Source of the DNA: Candidatus Methanospirareceae archaeon
GTDB lineage: Archaea; Halobacteriota; Syntropharchaeia; Alkanophagales; Methanospirareceae
Direction of reading: 5' to 3'
Assembly (NCBI GenBank): GCA_049975405.1
Contig: JBNGDK010000006.1
Location: 1 to 60,523 of the forward strand
DNA length: 60,523 bases
The translations under genes and the position numbers were made by a program. The notes beneath the pieces are model-generated. The model was given only the letters and a program-made list of their open reading frames with translations, was not told the DNA's origin and made no database searches. Shown in pieces: positions 37,684 to 46,648 of the stretch. Position 1 is the stretch's first letter. The number at the start of each line of letters is the position of its first letter.

Positions 37684-38805
37684 ATGTTCCCTGAAGAGTT
37701 TAAAGATACCCTGGTACGGTTGGTAGAGACGGACGAGGATATGCGGACCCTGTTGGGGCTCTTCGCGGTCTTGAAGGGCTATACAACAGAGGAATCGATA
37801 GCGAAGAACTACACAGCGCTTACGAAAAAGGACTGTAAGGATCTGTTACGGATGCTGACGCGCTGGGAGATCCTCAAGGTGGGTGCGAACGATGAATACC
37901 TCTGCCTCTCAGGCTACGAGGACATTTTTAACGAAGTTGTCGCGGCGTACGCCCCTCAGCCGGGCGATCTCCAGCACTTTCTCGAGCGCGCCCTGGCAGA
38001 GGGTGATCTCGCGGCGCTCAAGATGCTCGAAATGCTCTTTAAGATCGGTAAGCTCGGTATCAGTGGGTTCTCGCAATACGAACTCCTCCGCAGAGATATC
38101 TCGAGCACATTCACTTCATCTACGTTCCGGCAGTTGGAAGAGCAGCTCATCAAAGAGCTCTTATGTCTCTACGGGGAACGGCGCGATACCGAATTCCTGG
38201 AGCTGTTCTCCGAAGAAGCTGATCTCAAGCCCGTGAAACAGCGGTTTTACACATGGAAGCAGGAGCAACTCGCGGCCTCGCCGAGGGTGAAGCAGCTGGT
38301 GAAGATAATCACGGAGCAGGTCGCCGAGGCACGGCGAGAAATACGCAATCACCGTGCCAATCTGGCGACGCAGGCGGGCATGTCGGCGGATGAGTTCGAA
38401 GACACCGTGGGGTATTTCAGCGGATTCGACGTGGATGACACCTCATTCTTCTACACGAGCAGCATGATTGTGGGGAAGGATAAGCTCTACGTCGCCGTGG
38501 CCGATCAGTTATCGCGCTTTGACGCACTGGACTGGAAGGACTACCCGGTCCTCTTCGTCCTGGAGGAGACCCCCACATGGGTCGGCGATATCCAGAACGT
38601 GTTCGCAAACGCTTATCCCAAGCTCAAAGATCGCAAGATCGCCCTCGTCGTTCCGGGCAGGGTAGGCTACGCGAATTACGAGCAGAAATTGCTCTCGAAG
38701 CTCGTAGAGCGGTTGGGTGTTGAGGAACTAAAGGAGTTGCCGCGATCCTTGAAACAGGATGAGCATGCGGCGGGCTCACAAGTCAAAAAGCCATCACAAT
38801 CGTAA
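37684..38805 (+). CDS. Uncharacterised protein (373 aa), possible N-terminal winged-helix
   Basis: Long ORF with host-like composition. No motif recognised. Confidence 0.6.
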   Translation: MFPEEFKDTLVRLVETDEDMRTLLGLFAVLKGYTTEESIAKNYTALTKKDCKDLLRMLTRWEILKVGANDEYLCLSGYEDIFNEVVAAYAPQPGDLQHFLERALAEGDLAALKMLEMLFKIGKLGISGFSQYELLRRDISSTFTSSTFRQLEEQLIKELLCLYGERRDTEFLELFSEEADLKPVKQRFYTWKQEQLAASPRVKQLVKIITEQVAEARREIRNHRANLATQAGMSADEFEDTVGYFSGFDVDDTSFFYTSSMIVGKDKLYVAVADQLSRFDALDWKDYPVLFVLEETPTWVGDIQNVFANAYPKLKDRKIALVVPGRVGYANYEQKLLSKLVERLGVEELKELPRSLKQDEHAAGSQVKKPSQS

Positions 38806-39654
38806 GGTTACATTTTCCGCACGGTAGGTGTCCAGCGTTCGCCGCTTTGTGGTGCCGTCCGGGAAGACCGTGATCCAGCCCCGTTTCTCGCCGATTATAC
38901 GTTCGCGCACGCAGCTCTTGCCAATCACGGGATTGTTCAGCACGCGGGCCGCGATCGCATACGCGCGCTCGACCTCTTTGGGAAAGGGGTTCCGCGCGAT
39001 CGGCTCGCGGCTCAACTCAGCCCTGAATTGATTGATGCGGAAATCGATCGGCTTGCCATCAGTCTCGAGTCCCGCGAGAAATTCCGCGATCCGCTCTATT
39101 TCGCGATCGCCCACGATGCCTGGTATGTAGACAGTATTCACCACGAGCTTCACCTTGCCGTACGCGTTGCGGATGTTCGCCAATATCTTACGGTTTGAAT
39201 ACCCGGTGTACCACTCGTGCAGACGCTCATCAAATGCTTTGAGATCGAACATGACCTCGGTCAAACCCGCCTTAATGAGCTCTCGCAGATACGCATCGTC
39301 CAGGTAATACCCGTGCGTGTCGAGCACAATTTCAGGTACCATTTCGTGCAGCCGCGCGAGCAACGTCACGAGGTACTCGCGATCCAGCGTCGGTTCGCCA
39401 CCGGTGATTACTGCTTCTTCGAGCAGCGTATCACCATAATACTGGCGTGCCGCGCGCTTCACCAGGGCCTCCACCTGCTCAGCGGTCATCGGTTCCCCGA
39501 TGGGCTCGCGTGCAAAGCTGAAGCAGCCTCGGCAGCGGAAGTTACAGCCAGAAAGCGTGATCCAGACGCGCGGTTTTAGTTCGGACAGAGTGATGAATGG
39601 TACGTGTCTGATCATACCCGTTTTCATCATTCGGTATGTATAACTAACTAGCAC
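38794..39654 (-). CDS. Radical SAM protein (activase-like)
   Basis: LSGCNFRCRGCFS CxxxCxxC motif and ITGGEPTL. The 3' end overlaps the convergent gene by 12 nt. Start uncertain. Confidence 0.7.
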   Translation of the reverse strand: MLVSYTYRMMKTGMIRHVPFITLSELKPRVWITLSGCNFRCRGCFSFAREPIGEPMTAEQVEALVKRAARQYYGDTLLEEAVITGGEPTLDREYLVTLLARLHEMVPEIVLDTHGYYLDDAYLRELIKAGLTEVMFDLKAFDERLHEWYTGYSNRKILANIRNAYGKVKLVVNTVYIPGIVGDREIERIAEFLAGLETDGKPIDFRINQFRAELSREPIARNPFPKEVERAYAIAARVLNNPVIGKSCVRERIIGEKRGWITVFPDGTTKRRTLDTYRAENVTLRL

Positions 39655-39695
39655 ATAAGCGAATATGACTGCTTTGCGTTTTCTTTGCGCCGGGC

Positions 39696-40883
39696 CTATA
39701 AGAGCGCCTTTGCCAGTCCTGCGAGCATACGGGGATTCCGTCGCACGAGCTCCATCAAGAGCCCCCAGGTCGAGAGCTCCTGTATCTCAACGCCCTGGAG
39801 CGAATGCGCCAGGTTGTTGAGGTCGTCATCGGAGAGCGTAAAGAAGAACTCTTTTGCCTTTAAACCGGTATGTAACCGCTTCCCAAACTCCTTGCGCCAT
39901 CGCTTATCGTACTCCAGCAAGCGCGTCTTTGAAACGTCGTTCTCCTGTATAGCATTCGCAATCACATCACCCGCAATCGCGCCTGCACGCATTGCGTAGA
40001 TGATGCCACCCCCAGTAAGTGGATTGACGTGCCAGGCCGCGTCACCCACGAGCACGAGCCCGTCCGTGACGCTCTTACGTATCGGGCCGCAGACCGGCAC
40101 TGCGCCGCAGATCTCAGCGATGATCTTACCGTGGGGGAATTTCCGCTGGACAAATGCGCGGAGATAATCAATCGCATGGTGGCCCGCACCAGACCGATCG
40201 CCTCCGATGCCCAGACCCACGTTCGCGGTATCTTCGCCCTTCGGGAATATCCAGGCGTAGCCGTTAGGCGCGATCTCGTTACCCAGGAAGAACTCCGAGT
40301 GATCCTTGCTGATCTCAATGTCGCACATGAGGTACTCGGCACAGACGTCCATGTCCGATGGGCGCAGCCTGGTATCCAAGCCAGCCCAGCGGCCGACGCG
40401 CGATTCTACGCCATCTGCACCTACAACGACCTTCGCGTAGATACGTCTCGTCTCACCCTCGGCCATGGAGCGAACGACCACGCCCCGAGCATAGCCGTCC
40501 TCTTCGAGGAGCCTGTAAGCCACGGTTTTCACGCGCACCTCGGCCCCGGCACGTGCCGCTTCGTGTGCCAGCACCTTATCGAAGATGCGCCGTTCGAGCA
40601 CGTAGCCCACCTCCTCCATCTTCTCGCCCGACATCACCACCTGGGTACCGTCAGGCGCATAGATGTATGCTCCTTTCACCTCCCCGCAGATCCACTTCTG
40701 ATCGGGCGTAATGAACTGCTCGATCTCCTTGCTCACGCCTTCGGCGCACTTCACGGGCACCCCGATCTCCTGGTTCCGCTCGAGCAGCAGGACATCCAAA
40801 CCACATTCCGCGGCGGTCTTTGCCGTCATACTTCCGGCAGGGCCTGCGCCAACGACAACAACGTCGTACCTCTCCTCAATCAT
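39696..40883 (-). CDS. Digeranylgeranylglycerophospholipid reductase (geranylgeranyl reductase)
   Basis: YDVVVVGAGPAGSMTAKTAAE.GLDVLLLER...G.PVKCAEG...GDAA..VNPLTGGGI. Confidence 0.9.
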   Translation of the reverse strand: MIEERYDVVVVGAGPAGSMTAKTAAECGLDVLLLERNQEIGVPVKCAEGVSKEIEQFITPDQKWICGEVKGAYIYAPDGTQVVMSGEKMEEVGYVLERRIFDKVLAHEAARAGAEVRVKTVAYRLLEEDGYARGVVVRSMAEGETRRIYAKVVVGADGVESRVGRWAGLDTRLRPSDMDVCAEYLMCDIEISKDHSEFFLGNEIAPNGYAWIFPKGEDTANVGLGIGGDRSGAGHHAIDYLRAFVQRKFPHGKIIAEICGAVPVCGPIRKSVTDGLVLVGDAAWHVNPLTGGGIIYAMRAGAIAGDVIANAIQENDVSKTRLLEYDKRWRKEFGKRLHTGLKAKEFFFTLSDDDLNNLAHSLQGVEIQELSTWGLLMELVRRNPRMLAGLAKALL

Positions 40884-40990
40884 CGCGCTGGTGGTCCATT
40901 TTGGGGAATTGAGTTACCCAAGAACTGTTACAATCTACAGGATATAAATAGCTTCTTTGGGTATAGAGTATTAAGAAAACAAGCAGAGTA

Positions 40991-41827
40991 ATGAGCGACG
41001 CCGAGCGAGAGCGGTTTGAGATCGAGGAGTTCAGCTATTACTGGACTGTCAATGCCGAGCAGTTCAAAGCGAAGATCCAAAACGTCGAGACGATCATGAT
41101 CGTCGGCTTCCCGCCTATGGGCAATGTCATCCCGTACCATTTGAAGGAGCTCTTAAGTGATGCCGATGAGATCGGGAGTATCTATTCGTATGATTTCCCG
41201 CCCATGGTTGAGGCACGCGACGATGAATTTGAGATCCCGCACGATGAGCTCTGGTACAGCGCGGAGAAGCGTTTGTTCTGCTATGTCGGCAAGTATCCGG
41301 AGACCGAGTACATCCCGAAATCGGCATATAAACAGGCGGAAGGCGTGGCACAGCTCGCACGCGAGCTGAACGTGAAGGAGCTCTACACGATCGGTGTCAT
41401 CCTGCCACAGCAGGAACCGTTCAAGAAGCAGGGAGGAGAAATAACGGCGTTTATCGGCTGTTTCGAGGGCTCGCGGAAGAAGATCCCGAAGAACATGCGG
41501 AAGATGACGCGCCGGAATATCGGCCGGTACACGATCATCAGAAAGACGGGACTGCTGCCGGGCTTTGCCGCACGGCTCGGGATCGAGAGCTACGCGATTC
41601 TCGGCGCTGGCACATATCCCGAGGATTTACGAGCATGTGCCCGTGCGCTCCGGGCGTTCAAGCAGCTCTCGGGGCTTGTGCTCGAGGAGACGGCCGAGAT
41701 CGAGGCTATGTTCGAGCGGAGCGCCGAAGCGGTTGAGGCACGGATGCGGGAGCAGCGAGAGAAGGCGAAGGCTGCATATCGGGGCGAGGGTCTTGGCGCC
41801 GAGCCGAACGAGTATATGTACGGGTGA
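40991..41827 (+). CDS. PAC2-family (proteasome assembly chaperone-like, COG1938) protein
   Basis: IMIVGFPPMGNV......L......EIGSIYSYDFPP pattern. Tentative. Confidence 0.5.
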   Translation: MSDAERERFEIEEFSYYWTVNAEQFKAKIQNVETIMIVGFPPMGNVIPYHLKELLSDADEIGSIYSYDFPPMVEARDDEFEIPHDELWYSAEKRLFCYVGKYPETEYIPKSAYKQAEGVAQLARELNVKELYTIGVILPQQEPFKKQGGEITAFIGCFEGSRKKIPKNMRKMTRRNIGRYTIIRKTGLLPGFAARLGIESYAILGAGTYPEDLRACARALRAFKQLSGLVLEETAEIEAMFERSAEAVEARMREQREKAKAAYRGEGLGAEPNEYMYG

Positions 41828-41831
41828 GAGT

Positions 41832-41867
41832 AAATAACAAATCACAAGCACCAAATTACAAACAAAT
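41832..41867 (+). repeat. Left terminal inverted repeat
   Basis: aaataacaaatcacaagcaccaaattacaaacaaat. Confidence 0.8.
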
Positions 41868-41958
41868 AACAAATAGCAAGCTCCAAGCACCAAAATTCAA
41901 ACAAATCTCAAATATTAAATCGTAAAGAAATGCACAGTACCAAATTTAAAGCACAATT

Positions 41959-42312
41959 TTATTTTGATTTTTCTAAAATCGCACTGAAGATTTTGAGAAG
42001 TTGTGTTGCCTCTTCGATAAATGCTGCTCTTTCACGCTCGTGCTCGGGCGCATTAATTTCAACGAGTTTTAGCCAGTAAGCGCTTTCTTTAGCTTCTTTT
42101 CGGCAGATCTTTATCCGCATCACAAAATCCTTTTTGCTCAGAGACTCGTTTGCCTCGATATAATTCGCGCCCACAGAGCCAGAAGATCGCACCAGCTGTT
42201 TAACCAATTCCCGGTTTGCTAAAGTCCTTGGTAGCGCTTTAGTAAATGTAATCACATTCTTGGCAAATTTGAGTGTTCTCTCTTCCAGATCATACTGTTT
42301 AGGATTTGGCAT
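41959..42312 (-). CDS. Four-helix-bundle protein (23S rRNA intervening-sequence protein / Avd-like family)
   Basis: DLEERT.KFAK.VI.F.K.LP.......L..QL.RS..SVGANY.EA....SKKDF...I.I..KEA.ES.YWL is the family signature. Confidence 0.8.
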   Translation of the reverse strand: MPNPKQYDLEERTLKFAKNVITFTKALPRTLANRELVKQLVRSSGSVGANYIEANESLSKKDFVMRIKICRKEAKESAYWLKLVEINAPEHERERAAFIEEATQLLKIFSAILEKSK

Positions 42313-42395
42313 TTAGGTCATTGTGTTTTATTTATTATTTGGTGCTTGTAATTTGTGATTTATCCTCATACTGTTTCTAATTTTGCATTTGGTGC

Positions 42396-43802
42396 TTAGG
42401 ATTTGTTTGTATTTTGGTTTTTGTGATTTGGTATTTTGCCCGCGCGGTGGAGGTTGTTGTAGGCACAGAACGGTATTATGCGCCCGTCAGGCAGCCCGTA
42501 ATGGATTACGCAGCGTCGCACTCGTGCGCAATCGAAGTTATAGGGGTCCATGAAGTGCATGGCGCCGACGAAGAGCAGCTTGAAGTGGAGATCGCTCAGG
42601 TCGTCGTAGGTGCGACTCTTGATGAAACTGACGAAGAGCTCTTTGAGGAGACCAGGATGGATAGTTCGTAATGCGCTGAGCAGTGAGATCTTACCGGTTT
42701 TCCGGTACGAGTCAGCCAGCCGTTCAAGGTCAACGTACTTCGTGAGCGGCTCCACCGCGCCAGTATCGGTATCGAGCACGAGGTATGAGAACGCGCCGCA
42801 GGAGAAATGGCAGCCCACTTCTGCTTTGCCCAGCGTGCCCAGCAACACACTCATCACGGACGGCGGATAGAAATCGCTGCACTGCAGGAAATCAGTCTGT
42901 GCTGCTACGCAGTGGACGACGTCGGAGACCGTGATCCGTTCGGCTGGCCGGTGGTTTGTCCGTCCGCAGAATGAGACCGGCTGGAAATTGACGCCGCGGA
43001 CAATGTCGCTGTTCGCGATAGCGAACCGTAAGATGTCACCGATCTGGTGGTCGTTCACGCCCTTGACGAGGGTGGGCACGAGCACGATCGCGGGCTTCGG
43101 GCCTGCCAGTCGGTGGTTCTCGATCGCCTGCTTCTTGACCTCAAACAGCTTTCGACCCCGTAATTTCATGTAGGGCTCCTCGGTTACACCATCAAACTGG
43201 AGATAGGCCACACTCAAGCCTGCAGACTCCATCGCGCGGCAGAAGTTTGCGCTCGCAGCCATCTTCAGCCCGTTCGTATTCACCTCCACGTGCTCGAACT
43301 TCGTACGCGCGTACGCGATCAGTTCCGGGAGATCGTCCCGGAGCGTGGGCTCGCCACCACTGAACTGGAGCCCGGACGCGTTCGTTTTCGCAGCGAACGT
43401 ATCGATGATCGCCTTGATCGACTCCTGTGACAGATCCGGTTCCGCGAGGTCGTTCTCGCTCTTTGCGAAGCAGGTCGGGCAGTTCAGGTTGCAGCGTTCC
43501 GTAACATCTATCACGCCTAAGACCGTTTGTGATTCGTGGCTCGTGCAGAGACCGCAGGCGAACGGGCATGCTGTATCAAGCTCTGTTTCCCCTAGTTCCC
43601 CGCGTTCTGCTCCTAATGCCACAACATCCCGGGCCTCGAATGTTCGGTATAGCTCGTAATCGGACCAGACGAGGTCTTTGAACGCGCCGTGCTCTGCGCA
43701 GCGCTTCTCGAGCCAGACTGCACCCTCCTCTTCGTACACGTTTGCCTCGATAGGTTCATGGCAAACAGGACAGATGCTGGTCGTTGGTCGGATAGGAATC
43801 AT
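42396..43802 (-). CDS. Radical SAM protein with N-terminal Cys-knuckle domain (COG1964; tetraether lipid synthase Tes/GDGT-MAS-like candidate)
   Basis: ICPVCHEPI...RCAEHG, CPFACGLC, and radical SAM CNLNCPTC plus SGGEPTL. The last 13 codons and the stop are encoded by the right TIR of the adjacent cassette. Confidence 0.6.
   Translation of the reverse strand: MIPIRPTTSICPVCHEPIEANVYEEEGAVWLEKRCAEHGAFKDLVWSDYELYRTFEARDVVALGAERGELGETELDTACPFACGLCTSHESQTVLGVIDVTERCNLNCPTCFAKSENDLAEPDLSQESIKAIIDTFAAKTNASGLQFSGGEPTLRDDLPELIAYARTKFEHVEVNTNGLKMAASANFCRAMESAGLSVAYLQFDGVTEEPYMKLRGRKLFEVKKQAIENHRLAGPKPAIVLVPTLVKGVNDHQIGDILRFAIANSDIVRGVNFQPVSFCGRTNHRPAERITVSDVVHCVAAQTDFLQCSDFYPPSVMSVLLGTLGKAEVGCHFSCGAFSYLVLDTDTGAVEPLTKYVDLERLADSYRKTGKISLLSALRTIHPGLLKELFVSFIKSRTYDDLSDLHFKLLFVGAMHFMDPYNFDCARVRRCVIHYGLPDGRIIPFCAYNNLHRAGKIPNHKNQNTNKS
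42401..42436 (-). repeat. Right terminal inverted repeat
   Basis: The reverse complement reads aaataccaaatcacaaaaaccaaaatacaaacaaat. Confidence 0.8.
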
Positions 43803-44002
43803 GTTACACGGTTATGCGCGCTGCTTACCTTTCTTTATAAGCGCTTGGTTACTGATATATTCCGCACCGTCTGCAATATCCTACGACTCCTTCACCAAGG
43901 CGATACGGGACGAACTCCGATATGCTGCGCTCAGTGTGGAACTCCATTGATTTTACACGGTTGAATCGGAACATCGAAGCTAACCTTTTTCGTCGTATCT
44001 CC

Positions 44003-44098
44003 TCAATGGATTATCTCGTCAGGTCTCTTTCTCCCCCGTTCAGTTCTATCAAAGTTGGTGTCGAAGCTAACAATACATTCGATTAGTCGCCCCACCAT
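44003..44098 (-). pseudogene. Truncated PIN/VapC toxin remnant (31 codons)
   Basis: The ATG overlaps the antitoxin stop (ATGGTGGGGCGACTAA). Translation MVGRLIECIVSFDTNFD... carries the PIN N-terminal hhhhDTN motif, then a premature stop. Confidence 0.3.
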
Positions 44099-44286
44099 TC
44101 GAGAATTTTTCGCTGAAGCTCTACGGAAGTATATATATCCCGGTATTCTTTTAAGCCACCGGCCCAGTCAAATTTCAACTTCTTTCCCCGCTTCTTTTTC
44201 GCCCGTGCCAACAAGAAGTCAATGTAATCTTCCACTTCTTTATGCAGTTCCGGCGGCAATTGTTTGATCTTCTCCTCTACGCCCAT
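44083..44286 (-). CDS. DUF2281-type antitoxin-like protein
   Basis: MGVEEKIKQLPPELHKEVEDYIDFLL....K is typical of DUF2281. Start at ATG 44286. Confidence 0.6.
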   Translation of the reverse strand: MGVEEKIKQLPPELHKEVEDYIDFLLARAKKKRGKKLKFDWAGGLKEYRDIYTSVELQRKILEWWGD

Positions 44287-44787
44287 GCAGTTATCTCCTC
44301 TCCCTTTTGCTTCCATTCATCACGAGGAACTCTGAACACCAATTCCATCTTCTCCTCAATTTTAAGAGTATCAGTGGGATTATTAAGTATATAGCGGATA
44401 GGACTCATAGCAGCATGAGCAATCACGTAAAGCCCCTATTGCTCCTTGAACCGCCGCGCTTTGAACCATTCGTTTTGTGTGAGGTCTGCATCGCCCTCGC
44501 CTGGAAATCCTTTTAGTTCTTTGTATCTCACTCACCTTCTCCTTTTAGCATACATTGCTTCAGTTTAAAAAAAATCCGCTCTAGAGATTGCAGGTATTTC
44601 GGACGACACTTGCATTTCGTGGGTACCGTTTCACGAGCATGCAGGTGGTCGGTCCAAGAAGCGGTTTATTGTGTGGTGTGCAGATAACGACGATACACGT
44701 ATTCTCTCGCCGACAGGTGAAGAGCACGCTGGTACCCGGCAAGAGCTTTATTTGGAGTGCCGCTCGTTAATATTAGTGGTGCTAGAA

Positions 44788-45000
44788 ATGGTTACCTTTA
44801 CGGCAATTCTGCATGAGGAGGAGGATATGTATGTGGCCGAATGTCCAGAGGTCGGAACGGTGAGCCAGGGAGGGACCTTAGAAGAGGCTATAGATAATCT
44901 CAGAGAAGCTACGGAACTTTATTTGGAAGAGTTCCCCTTAAAGGAAGGCAGGAAATCACTGATGACCACTTTTGAGGTGGCTGTTCGTGCCAAGACTTAA
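44788..45000 (+). CDS. hicB: HicB-family antitoxin (short form)
   Basis: FTAILHEEEDMYVAECPEVGTVSQGGTLEEAIDNLREA.ELYLEE. Confidence 0.75.
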   Translation: MVTFTAILHEEEDMYVAECPEVGTVSQGGTLEEAIDNLREATELYLEEFPLKEGRKSLMTTFEVAVRAKT

Positions 45001-45217
45001 GGACGTCTCGGGAGATACCGTAGTACGAATTCTTTGTAATAAGATGGGTTTTGAGATTAGCGGCCAATCAGGCAGCCATGTCAGACTTTCCAAGATGACA
45101 CCAGAAGGCAAAGTTGGCACGGTCGTTCCCTTGCATAAAGAGCTGAAAATAGGTACGTTGAGTGGAGTTCTCAAATTGGCAAAAGTAGATATGAAGGAGT
45201 TCTCCAAATATCTGTGA
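44987..45217 (+). CDS. hicA: HicA-family mRNA interferase toxin
   Basis: PRLKDVSGDTVVRIL...GFE...Q.GSHV.L........VPLHKELK.GTL..VLK. A GTG start at 44987 overlaps the hicB stop; the ORF is open from 44972. Confidence 0.75.
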   Translation: MPRLKDVSGDTVVRILCNKMGFEISGQSGSHVRLSKMTPEGKVGTVVPLHKELKIGTLSGVLKLAKVDMKEFSKYL

Positions 45218-45364
45218 TTAACTTAACTCTTCAGTCACATGGATGATTGTATCTAACGTCAGCGACCAAAAATGGGACAACTACGTTCATCGAATCGGAT
45301 ACCCACGAGACGCTAAAAGAAAGCTGCCTCAAATAATATAATCCTCTTAGTCTGGTACAGAGCC

Positions 45365-46276
45365 ATGCACCCAAAGATCCAAGCAGTTCCCCCGTTCGAT
45401 TTCCATTTAAGCGCTACTATCTTCGCTGGCGGCGACCCACAGATCCGCACCTACGCAGACGGAAAGTTCTGGCAGGTTTTACGCGTCGACTCCAGGCTGG
45501 TACTCGTTATCGTAACAGCTTCAGATACGGTTGAGCAGCCCGAGCTGTCCGTCTATTTACAGTCCAACGCCGAGCTTTCTCCTGGCGAAATTGAGCGGAT
45601 CGAAGCACTGATCGCATCACTCTTCAATTTGTCGTTTGATTTGACCGCGTTTTACGCGAATGTGCAGCCCGATCCGGTGCTTGCTGTGCTCACCGAACGA
45701 CTCAGAGGGTTGAAGAGCCCGACCACGCCCACGGTCTTTGAAGCGCTGGTAGATTCAATCATTGAGCAGCAGATCGCGCTCAATGTCGCGCACAGCCTGG
45801 AACGCACGGTGATCAAGAGGTTTGGTGCTGTGCTGAATTTGAGTGAGGCTGTTTATTATGCTTATCCCACACCGGAAAACATCGCTGCTGGAACGGTCGA
45901 GCAGCTCCGTGCCTGCGGACTGAGCACGCGTAAAGCGGAATATATACACGGTATCGCTACTGCGATAGTAAAAGGAGAGCTGGATTTAGAACGTTTCAAG
46001 ACCTGGAAGGATCCTGAAATAATCATCACGGAGCTAATGACGTTACGCGGCATCGGCCGGTGGACCGCGGAGTTGACGATGCTGCGTGGGATGCAGAAGT
46101 TAGAGGCTTTTCCAGCCGATGACCTCGGGCTGCGACGGCATATCGCGCACTATTACTGTAATGACCGTAAGATCTCGGGCGCGGAGGCACGCAAAATCGC
46201 GGAAAACTGGGGCCAGTGGAAAGGGCTGGCTGCGTATTATGTGCTCACCGCTGATCGGCTGGGAATGGAACTGTAG
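45365..46276 (+). CDS. HhH-GPD DNA glycosylase (AlkA-like 3-methyladenine glycosylase II)
   Basis: FEALV.SIIEQQI....A.......L..LRGIGRWTAE.......L..FPADDLGLRR. Confidence 0.8.
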   Translation: MHPKIQAVPPFDFHLSATIFAGGDPQIRTYADGKFWQVLRVDSRLVLVIVTASDTVEQPELSVYLQSNAELSPGEIERIEALIASLFNLSFDLTAFYANVQPDPVLAVLTERLRGLKSPTTPTVFEALVDSIIEQQIALNVAHSLERTVIKRFGAVLNLSEAVYYAYPTPENIAAGTVEQLRACGLSTRKAEYIHGIATAIVKGELDLERFKTWKDPEIIITELMTLRGIGRWTAELTMLRGMQKLEAFPADDLGLRRHIAHYYCNDRKISGAEARKIAENWGQWKGLAAYYVLTADRLGMEL

Positions 46277-46348
46277 AATCCCATCTGCGTAGCATTATGT
46301 GCAATACAAACCTAAATAGTTATATAGTTCTGAAACGAAAGGAAAAAT

Positions 46349-46564
46349 ATGACTGGATTAGCTACAATTCAAGAGGTTTACGAAACACTAAAAAGAATTG
46401 AAGAGAAGATGGTTACCCGCGAGGATATCGACGCACTCGTCGATTCAGTTGAAATACTAAGCAATCCAAAAACGATGGAAGCACTTCGCAAAAGTGACCA
46501 GGATATCAAAGCTGGCAGGGTTAAGGAAGTTACGTCTGTCAACGATTTGCTTGCTGAGCTTTGA
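46349..46564 (+). CDS. Orphan type II antitoxin-like protein (RelB/Phd-like C-terminal motif)
   Basis: VEILSNPKTMEALRKSDQDIKAGRVKEV.SVNDLL resembles archaeal RelB-type antitoxins. No toxin ORF follows. Confidence 0.5.
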   Translation: MTGLATIQEVYETLKRIEEKMVTREDIDALVDSVEILSNPKTMEALRKSDQDIKAGRVKEVTSVNDLLAEL

Positions 46565-46648
46565 GCACTCGTAGATGTAATTGAAAAAAATTCTTGAGAA
46601 GTTTTACGTTTTTCTGCAAGTACTAGCTAGCAGTTTTGATTACTCAAC

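Larger units (their letters stand above)
41832..42436. mobile_element. AT-rich 605-bp cassette bounded by 36-bp imperfect terminal inverted repeats, carrying one four-helix-bundle gene (MITE-like/cargo element candidate)
   Basis: TIRs match at 32/36 positions by hand alignment. The composition switches abruptly to A/T-rich low-complexity sequence. Four copies of AAGCACCAAA are present: 41846, 41885, and inverted at 42338 and 42388. Confidence 0.55.

Noticed and set aside
41959-42312. Diversity-generating retroelement, because the four-helix-bundle protein is Avd-like
   Set aside because: The window contains no reverse transcriptase ORF and no template/variable repeat pair with adenine-specific differences. 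The propeller-gene repeats differ at all base types.
43804-44075. Short direct repeats: ttacacggtt at 43804 and 43953, and tcgaagctaac at about 43976 and 44063, as possible att sites or target-site duplications of the TA island
   Set aside because: At only 10-11 nt with no associated integrase or tRNA, they are compatible with chance. The second pair may reflect a small local duplication within the vapC remnant.
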